Part shown: piece by piece, positions 1-9,569 of the stretch | Layout of the letters: every line of letters starts with the position of its first letter | Position numbering within the stretch: position 1 is the stretch's first letter | Source of the DNA: a virus | Direction: 5' to 3' (one strand) | IMG/VR virus record: IMGVR_UViG_3300028029_000109 | DNA: 64,000 nt | The notes under the pieces: model-generated | What the model saw: the letters and a program-made list of their open reading frames with translations, nothing else | Database searches by the model: none | What the model was told of the DNA's origin: nothing | Translations under genes and position numbers: made by a program

Positions 1-1
1 A

Positions 2-532
2 TCTCATTGTTCATTAATTAGAGATGACCTAAGAATTGGTCCATTCTCCTGGGGCGGACAGGTTATACAGGAGGACCATGCGGACGTTACTATTGCCTCA
101 TTCAGATCGAATGAAGATAGGTGGAAGACGGATAAGGTCTTCTTTTCCATGCTTATCAATAAAGAATTCCCAGGTGATGCGTGTGATCAGACAGAAAGGC
201 TTGCAAAGCTGGCATTTTTATTATCCCAAGATCGAGTTGGTAGAGAAAGGATAAAAACCTTTATGAAGGGTGACGATCAATTATCCTTAATACCCGAATA
301 CCAGTGGATGAATGAATACTTCAAGGAACTTGAAGGTATTATTCCAACCATAATTTCTCGTGGGTACTTCCACTGTCCAGATATCTATTCTATTACATCG
401 AATATTAGAGTTGCACCCAATATGGAGACAGAGATTGAAGGCCTATTTGTTGCCGGTGAATCTGGCGGTATAAGGGGTATTACAGGTGCTGGCGTGTCTG
501 GCGGGATAGCTGCTGAATGTGCTGCTAAGTGA
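2..532 (+). CDS. FAD-dependent oxidoreductase, C-terminal part (5'-truncated by window edge)
   Basis: Frame open from nt 2 to TGA at 532; C-terminal FAD-binding motif 'EGLFVAGESGGIRGITGAGVSG'. Confidence 0.65.
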   Translation, partial: SHCSLIRDDLRIGPFSWGGQVIQEDHADVTIASFRSNEDRWKTDKVFFSMLINKEFPGDACDQTERLAKLAFLLSQDRVGRERIKTFMKGDDQLSLIPEYQWMNEYFKELEGIIPTIISRGYFHCPDIYSITSNIRVAPNMETEIEGLFVAGESGGIRGITGAGVSGGIAAECAAK

Positions 533-538
533 GTTATT

Positions 539-871
539 ATGAAAGATAAATATGATACAAATGAGTACGTCATTGGTGAGGAAAAATTTCCTCGTAATGG
601 CTCCCTAAGGCAAGAGTCAGAGCTTTTTGATGAGAAATCTCATATTCCACATGGTACTATAGGAGTAAAAAGGGTCGAGTATGGGAAGGGAGAGGACTGG
701 GAAGTACTCCAAGACGGAAAAGTTGCCCTTGTTCTGAAGGGCGTTAGATTTAGCTCAAAAGAAAAGAGTTTCCTCAGAACTATTGACGGAATCAAGTTTA
801 TTATGTATGGTTATAAATCTGGATGGAAATCAGTATCAGAATTTAAAAGAAATATAAAGGAATCAATGTGA
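539..871 (+). CDS. hypothetical protein
   Basis: 110-aa ORF tightly packed in the operon; overlaps the next ORF (ATGTGA). Confidence 0.6.
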   Translation: MKDKYDTNEYVIGEEKFPRNGSLRQESELFDEKSHIPHGTIGVKRVEYGKGEDWEVLQDGKVALVLKGVRFSSKEKSFLRTIDGIKFIMYGYKSGWKSVSEFKRNIKESM

Positions 872-1050
872 TTTACTACGATGGAACAGAAAAGGTAGGA
901 AAAGTTTCCTTTTTGAAATTTAAAAATGACCTAGGTAAGACAGCTACAATTCCTATGGATGAAAGAGTACTGGACATGATAATGGTTTATCTGGATAAAC
1001 TTCAACCTTCAGAGCCGAAAACCGTGGAGAGAGGTAACGAAGAGGATTGA
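868..1050 (+). CDS. hypothetical protein
   Basis: 60-aa ORF translationally coupled to the previous ORF. Confidence 0.5.
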   Translation: MIYYDGTEKVGKVSFLKFKNDLGKTATIPMDERVLDMIMVYLDKLQPSEPKTVERGNEED

Positions 1051-1056
1051 GCATAA

Positions 1057-2766
1057 ATGAATTTTGAAAAAGTTAAAGGTAAATTTGAATCAAAGCATCC
1101 CAACCTAAAACTTTTAGAATATAATGGGTACTATAATGAGGCTAGATTTTTAGATACTGAATATGGAGAGTTTTCTGGAACCTTCCAAACAGTATCTTCT
1201 GGAAATAAAAACCATCCAAATAGAGTTGGTGAAAATAAGGCTAAGATTTTATTTTTAAAAGCACTTAAAAATTTAAAACAAAAACAGCCTCATCTTAAAC
1301 TTTTGAAATTTAATGGGTGGTCTAGGGATTGTTTGGTTTTAGATAATACTTTTGGAGAGTTTTCTGGTGTTTTTGATAGAATTATACTAGGTAAAAAATC
1401 TCATCCAAACAGGACCCGCACAAATAGGGATAAAAAGAAAAATCTAAAAGTGTGTGCAAAAAGCAATGAAGAAAAAGCTATTAATCTTCTTAAGGAAAGG
1501 TTTAGCTATATGACTCTGCTTAAGTATAATGGCTCTGAAATATCTAAATTTTTTGATGAGGAATATGGGGAATTTTATGGTAAATTCTCTAAAGTTGTCT
1601 CAGGAAGTAAAAGGCATCCTAAAAGATCTGCTAAAAATAAGTATGAAGCATCTCAGAGGCAAGATGTCAAAGATAAAAGAGCAGAAACTTGTTTGAGAAA
1701 ATATGGCTCAATTTCTCCCTTGAAAAATAAAGAGATAAAAGAAAAGATAAAGAAAACCAATATTGATCGGTACGGTTACGAGTCAGCATCCAAATCTCAA
1801 AAAGTCATACAAAAATCAAGAGCAACTAGAATAAAAAATGGTAACGCTTTAAATATGAATGGGATGACTGGAGCAGAAGCTTTTGAAAGCTCATCACTGA
1901 CTTGCTCAATAACAAAATTTATTAATCTAGTAAAACAAGTTGGATATGAATCAGCTCTAGAATATACAGATAAAACAACAGACATAGAGTTTATTATAAA
2001 GGTTTTTTTAGAGGAAATAGAGCAGGAGTTTATTTTTAATAAATATCTTTGTAGAACCTCTCTCAGTAAGTATAGGCCAGATTTTGTTGTTGGAAATCTA
2101 ATAATAGAGGCCGATGGTTTAAAATACCATTCTGATGAGTTCAAGGATAGAAACTATCATAAAGACAAAAAGGAAGCTTATAACTCCTCTGGATATAATT
2201 CATTATTTTTTAGGTCTGATGAAATAATAGAAAAAACAAATATAGTTAAGTCAATCATAAGGGCTAAACTAGGAATAGTTAGTGATAGGTTTTATGCAAG
2301 AAAATGTTCAATCATAAAGCTTAATAGAAAAGAGCATATTACGTTTTTTAATGATAATCACTTGATGGGATCAGGAGTTGGTAGAACATATGCGTTACAG
2401 TGTAATGAAGAAATCGTTGCTGCAATTAGTATCGTAAATAAAAAAAAATACATGGAAGTATCCAGATATTGCAATAAAACTAACTCAATAGTTTTAGGTG
2501 GTTTTAGTAGATTGTTAAAATTTTGCGTAAGGCAGCACAGCCCATTAAAAATTGTATCATTCGTTGATTGTAGATATGGTGATGGTCACTCCCTATTAAA
2601 ACAAAACTTTGTCGAGGAGTCGAATTACGTATCGTTCAAGTGGACGGATTGTAAAAAAACCTGCCATAGAATGAAGTATCCGGGTAATTCTGGATATGAA
2701 AACGGGTTCCGTAAAATATGGGATTGCGGCCAAAAAAAGTTTACAAAAACAATAGAAAGAAAATAA
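1057..2766 (+). CDS. modular homing-endonuclease-like protein (repeated N-terminal domain, PD-(D/E)xK nuclease, Hef-like C-terminus)
   Basis: Three copies of 'HPxLKLLxYNG...D.EYGEFSG.F..V..G.K.HP.R'; nuclease motif 'YRPDFVVGNLIIEADGLKYH'; C-terminal 'YARKC...NHLMG...SRYC...GGFSRLL...D.RYGDG...WDCGQ'. Confidence 0.6.
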   Translation: MNFEKVKGKFESKHPNLKLLEYNGYYNEARFLDTEYGEFSGTFQTVSSGNKNHPNRVGENKAKILFLKALKNLKQKQPHLKLLKFNGWSRDCLVLDNTFGEFSGVFDRIILGKKSHPNRTRTNRDKKKNLKVCAKSNEEKAINLLKERFSYMTLLKYNGSEISKFFDEEYGEFYGKFSKVVSGSKRHPKRSAKNKYEASQRQDVKDKRAETCLRKYGSISPLKNKEIKEKIKKTNIDRYGYESASKSQKVIQKSRATRIKNGNALNMNGMTGAEAFESSSLTCSITKFINLVKQVGYESALEYTDKTTDIEFIIKVFLEEIEQEFIFNKYLCRTSLSKYRPDFVVGNLIIEADGLKYHSDEFKDRNYHKDKKEAYNSSGYNSLFFRSDEIIEKTNIVKSIIRAKLGIVSDRFYARKCSIIKLNRKEHITFFNDNHLMGSGVGRTYALQCNEEIVAAISIVNKKKYMEVSRYCNKTNSIVLGGFSRLLKFCVRQHSPLKIVSFVDCRYGDGHSLLKQNFVEESNYVSFKWTDCKKTCHRMKYPGNSGYENGFRKIWDCGQKKFTKTIERK

Positions 2767-2768
2767 AT

Positions 2769-3407
2769 ATGTCATACTCTGTATATGTATCAGATTGCGA
2801 AACTACAGGATTAGACCCCGTAGGTAACGATGTAATTGAGGTTTGTTTTTGGAGAATTGGCGAGGAATCTTCAAAAACATGGTGTTTGAAGGCCATGAAT
2901 CCGGAAACCATTCAGGATAAAGCTCTTAAGGTCAATGGTCACAAGAGGGACGATATTCTACACCTTACAAAAGAGGGTAAGGAAAAATATCGTCTTCCAG
3001 AAGATGTTCTTCCTGAAATAGAGGCGTGGATTATGGAAGACGGGGCTGCCGCTGAAGAGCGCGTCTTCATTGGACAGAACCCAGATTTCGATTACAGATT
3101 TCTTTATCAGTTGTGGAAAAAGACTGGCGTACCCGATGATTTCCCATTTGGATTCTGGAGAAATGAAGATGAAAACATGGGATTCACTCTGGACACCATT
3201 CAATTAGCTCGATGGATTGACTTGCTGCTTGGAAAGAAGCGCAAGTTCTATAATCTTGGCGGTTTAGTGAAGGCTTTTGGGATAAAGAAGGTCCAGGCCC
3301 ATAGGGCTGACGGCGATGTACAGATGACTAAAGATCTTTACGAAAAGATGTCTGAACCGTTCAGGGAAATGGCAGAAGAGCACTTCAGTGAGTGTTATGA
3401 AAAGTAG
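2769..3407 (+). CDS. DEDDh 3'-5' exonuclease (DnaQ/RNase T-like)
   Basis: ExoI 'SDCETTG', ExoII 'GQNPDFD', ExoIII 'HRADGD'; start set at ATG 2769. Confidence 0.85.
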   Translation: MSYSVYVSDCETTGLDPVGNDVIEVCFWRIGEESSKTWCLKAMNPETIQDKALKVNGHKRDDILHLTKEGKEKYRLPEDVLPEIEAWIMEDGAAAEERVFIGQNPDFDYRFLYQLWKKTGVPDDFPFGFWRNEDENMGFTLDTIQLARWIDLLLGKKRKFYNLGGLVKAFGIKKVQAHRADGDVQMTKDLYEKMSEPFREMAEEHFSECYEK

Positions 3408-3678
3408 ACAGCTTCTAATAGAGTTCAGAAAGAGAGATTCTCATATACAAATTGATGCTCCCGATAAAGATTTCACGGAATCTGAAACTGGGTACATAGA
3501 GGCTATAGGAGAGCAGTTTCTTGGACAAAAATTAACTGAACGTCTCATTTTAAGATTTGCTCATGCAATCAAATTAAAGTTCGACGCTATAGGGGAGGAT
3601 ATATCCGTTGAGGTTATTGAATTAGAAGATGTGTATGAGTTTAAAAGTACACATAGAAAAATACTGACTATTTTATGA
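3388..3678 (+). CDS. hypothetical protein
   Basis: 96-aa ORF overlapping both neighbours. Confidence 0.55.
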   Translation: MSVMKSRQLLIEFRKRDSHIQIDAPDKDFTESETGYIEAIGEQFLGQKLTERLILRFAHAIKLKFDAIGEDISVEVIELEDVYEFKSTHRKILTIL

Positions 3679-4517
3679 AAATTCTTTACGGAGCTGGTAA
3701 TCTAAATGGTTCAAACGTTCGTTTGAGCCATTTTTTACGTTATACCAGCCACGACGTAAGAATAGCTGCGTTTTATAATAACCACGAATGTCTTGAGATA
3801 ATACATTGGACCTTGGATGCTCTTAGTACAAGCAAAGGGGGACAGTCATTTAAAATTAAGGAAATTATTGGAGTACCAATCAAATTAGACTACGAAAAAT
3901 TTGAAATGATGGTTACTGATATATCGGAATGGAACCCGGACATTGTTATCTCCGATTTTGAACCCATCTGCGCTCACATATCTGGAGCCTTAGAAATACC
4001 GCTCATATCATGCTCCCCACTACACCTTCTCGATGGGGTTTACTGGAAGAGTCCTAAAAGACATTTATTTTCCAATGAGTCCCAACACTTAAAAGCATTT
4101 GAAAGAGCCTCACAGCGCCTTGTGTACTCACCATTTGGACTTCTGGACAATGCTCCCAAGCTCAAGCCCGGATTTGATTGGATTACCCCTTACCCTGACC
4201 ACACTGTAATACACGATAGGAACTTGAATTCAATTCAATCACTCCTGAAATTAAATGACTCAGGATTTAATGTTGGAGACTCTGGAAATATCTATCACGA
4301 TATGGTACACGAGAAAAAGATGTGTGTCTTTGATTCTCCATATGAATCAGAGTGCGCAATCAATGGAGTTTTTGTCGATGCCCTTGGATTGGGTGTGTCA
4401 TTAGGACAAGCAGAGTTAAATATGTCCTACGCTAAATCTAAACTTGATAAATTTCTATTAAAAAACTTTAACTACTCTTTAAATAAAGAGCCGGAATTTT
4501 TACACAAAAGAATATAA
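3675..4517 (+). CDS. GT-B glycosyltransferase-like protein (MJ1255-like), divergent
   Basis: 'MKILYGAGNLNGS', 'PDIVISDFEPICAHISGALEIPLI'. Confidence 0.55.
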   Translation: MKILYGAGNLNGSNVRLSHFLRYTSHDVRIAAFYNNHECLEIIHWTLDALSTSKGGQSFKIKEIIGVPIKLDYEKFEMMVTDISEWNPDIVISDFEPICAHISGALEIPLISCSPLHLLDGVYWKSPKRHLFSNESQHLKAFERASQRLVYSPFGLLDNAPKLKPGFDWITPYPDHTVIHDRNLNSIQSLLKLNDSGFNVGDSGNIYHDMVHEKKMCVFDSPYESECAINGVFVDALGLGVSLGQAELNMSYAKSKLDKFLLKNFNYSLNKEPEFLHKRI

Positions 4518-5140
4518 TGAACGTTAAAAATAAAATAATAGCTTTAGATATTGGCCATGTACTTGCTCGTGTAGATATGAGTCTATTTCATCGCAAGCTC
4601 GTAGAACTTGGATATTCTATGGATGAGGAAGAAGCAGACTTGTTCTCATCTGCCGTTCAAGCATCTTTCGATACAGGCATGCTTGATATGAGACAGGCGC
4701 TACACGTTCATTTTCCCAAGATGAAACGGGACCATGTTAAACAGGTAATAAAATCCTGGGAAGCCGTAGTCACTCCATGTGGCCCTACTATGGAAGCGCT
4801 AGATGAGATACTTTCAGCAGGGGCTACTGTAGCTCTCCTTTCTAATATCGGACTAGATCACGCTGCCTATCTATCAAGAATATGTTTCAGACAGTTTGAT
4901 CGTTGTAAGAAGCATTTTTCTTGTGATGTAGGTGCTAGAAAGCCAACAAAGCTTTATTATCAGTCATTACTACTTGAGCTTGGTTCCCTTCATCTTCCAA
5001 TTATATTTCTGGATGATAGAATTGAAAATGTAGAAGCCGCTAAAACTCAGAATTTTTCATCTCAACTTTTTGATATTGAAAAGTACGATTCTGACGAAGA
5101 TGCAGCTGCAGACTTGATAAAAATCGTTTCTGATTTTTGA
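4517..5140 (+). CDS. HAD-superfamily hydrolase
   Basis: Motif I 'ALDIGHV', II 'LLSN', III 'RKP', IV 'FLDDRIENVEAA'. Confidence 0.8.
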   Translation: MNVKNKIIALDIGHVLARVDMSLFHRKLVELGYSMDEEEADLFSSAVQASFDTGMLDMRQALHVHFPKMKRDHVKQVIKSWEAVVTPCGPTMEALDEILSAGATVALLSNIGLDHAAYLSRICFRQFDRCKKHFSCDVGARKPTKLYYQSLLLELGSLHLPIIFLDDRIENVEAAKTQNFSSQLFDIEKYDSDEDAAADLIKIVSDF

Positions 5141-5163
5141 GATATATAATCATAGGGTAACCT

Positions 5164-5337
5164 ATGAAAAAGATATTATCTCCGAAAGAAGTCTTAGTGG
5201 CAGTTATAACTCATTACGCCAATATTGAAAATTATGATCCAGCTGCTTTTGCTTCAGCAAGGTTTATTGCCGATGACGGAACTATAGAGCTAACCGTAAA
5301 AGTTCCTGCTTCTACTAAAAAGAAGTCACTAAACTAA
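5164..5337 (+). CDS. small hypothetical protein (57 aa)
   Basis: ATG 5164 to TAA 5337, MKKILSPKEVLVAVITHY..., preceded by 'agggt'. Confidence 0.45.
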   Translation: MKKILSPKEVLVAVITHYANIENYDPAAFASARFIADDGTIELTVKVPASTKKKSLN

Positions 5338-5339
5338 TC

Positions 5340-5368
5340 TTGACAAAGTGTGCTATCTCATATACTGT
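5340..5368 (+). promoter_or_regulatory. sigma70-like promoter upstream of repeat-protein array 1
   Basis: TTGACA 5340-5345; -10 candidates TATACT (15-nt spacer) or TACTGT (17-nt spacer). Confidence 0.4.
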
Positions 5369-5579
5369 CGTTTTATAATAGCAGAAAAAACTCGGAAGAA
5401 AATTGTTAAGAAAGACGCTAAGGAACAAGCTAAGGAACAAGCAATCAAGAATATTTAAAAGTCATTTAGAAAATGTTATAATTTATGATTAGAGATGCGA
5501 AGATAGCATTAACAAGCCCTAAATGGGCTTGTAATTTTGCAAGAGATATTCTAAGCAATATTTGAAGGATATTTAGAGA

Positions 5580-6179
5580 ATGTTAGAAGCGCTGATTAGA
5601 GATGAAAAAACTGCTCCGAAATCTTTGGAGTATAAGTTAATAAACAACCTTGCAACTTTAGAGGACCAGGAAGAAGCATTAACGAGGCCTATTTTGGCTT
5701 ATTACTTTGCAAAAGATATTCCAGGAGCTAACATTGAAGTTTGTCAGGAAGTAGCAGCAAAGGATCCTGAATGGGCTTATGAATTTGCAAGAGATGTTAA
5801 AGGAGCAAATATTGAAGTTTGTCAGGGAGGGGCAATCAAGGAGCCTGTATGGGCTTATTACTTTGCAAAAGATGTTACAGGAGCAGATGTTGAAGTCTGT
5901 CAGGAAGCAGTAATCAAGGATCCTGGATTTGCTTATTTATTTGCAAGAGATGTTAAAGGAGCAGACATTGAGGTTTGTCAGGAGCAAGCAATCAAAGATC
6001 CTGAATGGGCTTATAGATTTGCAAAAGATATTCAGGGAGCAGACATTGAAGCTTGCCAGGAGCAAGCAATCAAAGATCCTGTATGGGCTTATTACTTTGC
6101 AAGAGATATTCCAGGAGCAGATATTGAGGTCTGTCAGGAGCAAGCAGTCAAGGATCCTATATGGGCTTATAAATTTTAA
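5580..6179 (+). CDS. 26-aa repeat protein (array 1)
   Basis: Conserved head plus ~6 repeats; ends abruptly at YKF-TAA. Confidence 0.85.
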   Translation: MLEALIRDEKTAPKSLEYKLINNLATLEDQEEALTRPILAYYFAKDIPGANIEVCQEVAAKDPEWAYEFARDVKGANIEVCQGGAIKEPVWAYYFAKDVTGADVEVCQEAVIKDPGFAYLFARDVKGADIEVCQEQAIKDPEWAYRFAKDIQGADIEACQEQAIKDPVWAYYFARDIPGADIEVCQEQAVKDPIWAYKF

Positions 6180-6225
6180 ATATATAGAGGCATCAGGGGT
6201 AAGTCATTATAAGGATATTTAGAGA

Positions 6226-7002
6226 ATGTTAGAAGCACTGATTAGAGATGAAAAAACTGCTCCGAAATCTTTTGGGTATAGACTTATTAATGATTTAGTA
6301 AACTTAGAGGATCAGGAAGAGGCATTAACGAATCCTGAATGGGCTTATGAATTTGCAAAGGACATTATAGGGGCAGATATTGAAGTCTGTCAGTGTGGAG
6401 CAATCAAGGAGCCTGAATGGGCTTATAGATTTGCAAAAGATATTCAGGGAGCAGACATTGAAGCTTGTCAGGAAGGAGCAATTAAAGAGCCTTATTGGGC
6501 TTATGAATTTGCAAGAGACATTAAAGGAGCTAACATTGAAGTCTGTCAAGGTGGAGCAATCAAGGAGCTTTATTGGGCTTATGAATTTGCAAGAGATATT
6601 AAGGGAGCAGATATTGAAGTTTGTCTGGAAGCAGTAATCAAGAAGCCTGTATATGCTTATAAATTTGCAAGATATGTTACAGGAGCGAATATTGAAGTCT
6701 GTCAGGAAGCAGCAGTCAAGGAGCCCGGATGGGCTTATCATTTTGCAAAAGATATTCCAGGAGCAGATATTGAAGCTTGTCAGGAAGGAGTAATCAAGGA
6801 TCCTGAATGGGCTTATTATTTTGCAAGAGATATTACAGGAGCAAACATAGTAATCTGTCAGGGTGGAGCAGTAAAGGATCCTAAATGGGCTTATATATTT
6901 GCAAGAGATGTTAAAGGATCGGATATTGAAGTTTGTCAGGAAGCAGTCAAGAATTCTATATGGGCTTATAGATTTGCAAAAGATATTCTAAGCAATATTT
7001 GA
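6226..7002 (+). CDS. 26-aa repeat protein (array 1)
   Basis: Head plus ~8 repeats; C-cap DILSNI. Confidence 0.9.
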   Translation: MLEALIRDEKTAPKSFGYRLINDLVNLEDQEEALTNPEWAYEFAKDIIGADIEVCQCGAIKEPEWAYRFAKDIQGADIEACQEGAIKEPYWAYEFARDIKGANIEVCQGGAIKELYWAYEFARDIKGADIEVCLEAVIKKPVYAYKFARYVTGANIEVCQEAAVKEPGWAYHFAKDIPGADIEACQEGVIKDPEWAYYFARDITGANIVICQGGAVKDPKWAYIFARDVKGSDIEVCQEAVKNSIWAYRFAKDILSNI

Positions 7003-7016
7003 AGGATATTTAGAGA

Positions 7017-7268
7017 ATGTTAGAAGCACTGATTAGAGATGAGAAAACTGCTCCGAAATCTTTTGGTTATAAGTTAAGAAATAATCTTCTAACATTAGAG
7101 GATCAGGAAGAAGCATTAACAAGTCCTAAATGGGCTTATTATTTTGCAAGAAATGTTAAAGGGGCAGATATTAAAGTATGTCAGGAGCAAGCAGTCAAGA
7201 GTCCTAGATTGGCTTATAGATTTGCAAAAGATATTCCAGGAGCAGATGTTAAAAGGGAAACATGTTAG
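7017..7268 (+). CDS. 26-aa repeat protein, short (array 1)
   Basis: Head plus ~2 repeats; stop overlaps the next ATG. Confidence 0.85.
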   Translation: MLEALIRDEKTAPKSFGYKLRNNLLTLEDQEEALTSPKWAYYFARNVKGADIKVCQEQAVKSPRLAYRFAKDIPGADVKRETC

Positions 7269-8353
7269 AAGCACTGATTAGAGATGCGAAAACAGCTCCG
7301 AAATCTTTTGGGTATAAGTTAAGAAATAATCTTCTAACATTAGAGGATCAGGAAGAAGCATTAACAAATCCTAAATGGGCTTATTACTTTGCAAAAGATG
7401 TTCCAGGAGCAGACATTGAAGCCTGTCAGGAAGAAGCAATCAAGGATCCTAAATGGGCTTATTGTTTTGCAAGAGATATTTCGGGAGCTAATATTAAAGT
7501 TTGTCAGGAAGCAGCAATTAAGGATCCTGTATGGGCTTATGAATTTGCAAAAGATGTTAAAGGAGCGAGTATTGAAGTCTGTCAGGAAGGAGCAGTAAAG
7601 AGTCCTGAATGGGCTTATAATTTTGCAAAAGATGTTATAGGTGCAGATATTGAATTCTGTCAGGAAGTAGCAATCAAGGATCCTATATGGGTTTATCAAT
7701 TTGCAAAAGATGTTACAGGGGCGAATATTGAAGTCTGTCAGGAAGGAGTAATCAAGGATCCTGTATGGGCTTATAAATTTGCAAGATATATTCCAGGAGC
7801 AGACATTGAAGCCTGTCAGGAAGCAGTAATCAAGGATCCTGTATGGGCTTATAAATTTGCAAAAGATGTTACAGGAGCGAACATTGAAGTCTGTCAGGAA
7901 CAAGCAGTAAAGGAGCCTATATGGGCCTATAAATTTGCAAAAGATATTACAGAAGCGAACATTGAAGCCTGTCAGTGTGGAGCAATCAAGGAGCCTTATT
8001 TAGCTTATTATTTTGCAAAAGATATTAAGGGAGCAGATATTGAAGTTTGTCAGGAAGCAGCAATTAAGGATCCTGAATGGGCTTATAGATTTGCAAAGGA
8101 CGTTAAAGGAGCAGATATTGAAGTTTGTCAGGAGCAAGCAATTAAAGAGCCTGAATGGGCTTATAATTTTGCAAGAAATGTTAAAGGAGCAAGTATTGAA
8201 ATCTGTCAGGATGGAGTAATCAAGGATCCTGGATGGGCTTATTATTTTGCAAAATATGTTAAGGGAGCAGATATTGAAGTCTGTCAGGGTGGAGCAATCA
8301 AGGATTCTTATTGGGCTTATAAATTTGCAAGAGATGTTATACATAATACTTGA
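7262..8353 (+). CDS. 26-aa repeat protein (array 1)
   Basis: Head plus ~12 repeats. Confidence 0.9.
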   Translation: MLEALIRDAKTAPKSFGYKLRNNLLTLEDQEEALTNPKWAYYFAKDVPGADIEACQEEAIKDPKWAYCFARDISGANIKVCQEAAIKDPVWAYEFAKDVKGASIEVCQEGAVKSPEWAYNFAKDVIGADIEFCQEVAIKDPIWVYQFAKDVTGANIEVCQEGVIKDPVWAYKFARYIPGADIEACQEAVIKDPVWAYKFAKDVTGANIEVCQEQAVKEPIWAYKFAKDITEANIEACQCGAIKEPYLAYYFAKDIKGADIEVCQEAAIKDPEWAYRFAKDVKGADIEVCQEQAIKEPEWAYNFARNVKGASIEICQDGVIKDPGWAYYFAKYVKGADIEVCQGGAIKDSYWAYKFARDVIHNT

Positions 8354-8367
8354 AGGATATTTAGAGA

Positions 8368-9225
8368 ATGTTAGAATTTTTGATTAGAGATGCAAAAACA
8401 GCTCCGAAATCTTTTGGGTATAAGCTAAAAAATAACCTCTTGACATTAGAGGATCAGGAGGAAGCATTAACGAAGCCTAAATGGGCTTATGAATTTGCAA
8501 GATATGTTAAAGGAGCAGATATTGAAGTCTGTCAAGGTGGAGCAGTAAAGGATTCTGTATGGGCTTATTATTTTGCAAAAGATATTGCAGGAGCAGACAT
8601 TGAACTCTGTCAGGAAGCAGCAATCAAGGATCCTGAATGGTCTTATAAATTTGCAAACTATATTCCAGGAGCAGATATTGAAGTCTGTCAGGGTGGAGCA
8701 ATAAAGGAGCCTAAATGGGCTTATTATTTTGCAAGAAATGTTAAAGGAGCAGACATTGAATTATGTCAAGAAGCAGCAATCAAGGAGCCTGAATGGGCTT
8801 ATAGATTTGCAAGAGATGTTACAGGAGCAGATATTGAAGTCTGTCAGGAAGTAGTAATCAATGAGCCCATGTGGGCTTATTATTTTGCAAAACATATTCC
8901 AGGAGCAGATATTGAAGTCTGTCAGGGTGGAGCAATCAAGGATCCTGTATGGGCTTATAGATTTGCAAAGGATATTCCGGGTGCAGACATTGAAATCTGT
9001 CAGGAAGCAACAATTAAAGAGCCTAAATGGTCTTATTGTTTTGCAAAATATGTTCCAGGCGCAGACATTGAGGTCTGTCAGGAGCAAGCAATCAAGGAGC
9101 CTGAATGGGCTCATGAATTTGCAAGAGATGTTATAGGAGCAGATGTTGAAGTCTGTCAGGAACAAGCAGTAAAGGAGCCTATATGGGCTTATAAATTTGC
9201 AAGATATGTTATACGTAATATTTGA
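8368..9225 (+). CDS. 26-aa repeat protein (array 1)
   Basis: Head plus ~9 repeats. Confidence 0.9.
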   Translation: MLEFLIRDAKTAPKSFGYKLKNNLLTLEDQEEALTKPKWAYEFARYVKGADIEVCQGGAVKDSVWAYYFAKDIAGADIELCQEAAIKDPEWSYKFANYIPGADIEVCQGGAIKEPKWAYYFARNVKGADIELCQEAAIKEPEWAYRFARDVTGADIEVCQEVVINEPMWAYYFAKHIPGADIEVCQGGAIKDPVWAYRFAKDIPGADIEICQEATIKEPKWSYCFAKYVPGADIEVCQEQAIKEPEWAHEFARDVIGADVEVCQEQAVKEPIWAYKFARYVIRNI

Positions 9226-9239
9226 AGGATATTTAGAGA

Positions 9240-9569
9240 ATGTTAGAAGCACTGATTAGAGATGAGAAAACTGCTCCGAAATCTTTTGGTTATAAGTTAA
9301 GAAATAATCTTCTAACATTAGAGGATCAGGAAGAAGCATTAACAAGTCCTAAATGGGCTTATTATTTTGCAAGATATATTACAGGAGCGAACATTGAAGT
9401 CTGTCAGAAAGCAGCAGTTAAGGATCCTTATTGGGCTTATAGATTTGCAAAATATATTCCAGGAGCAGATATTGAGGTCTGTCAGGAGCAAGCAGTCAAG
9501 AGTCCTAGATTGGCTTATAGATTTGCAAAAGATATTCCAGGAGCAGATGTTAAAAGGGAAACATGTTAG
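9240..9569 (+). CDS. 26-aa repeat protein, short (array 1)
   Basis: Head and tail identical to 7017..7268, with one extra repeat. Confidence 0.85.
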   Translation: MLEALIRDEKTAPKSFGYKLRNNLLTLEDQEEALTSPKWAYYFARYITGANIEVCQKAAVKDPYWAYRFAKYIPGADIEVCQEQAVKSPRLAYRFAKDIPGADVKRETC

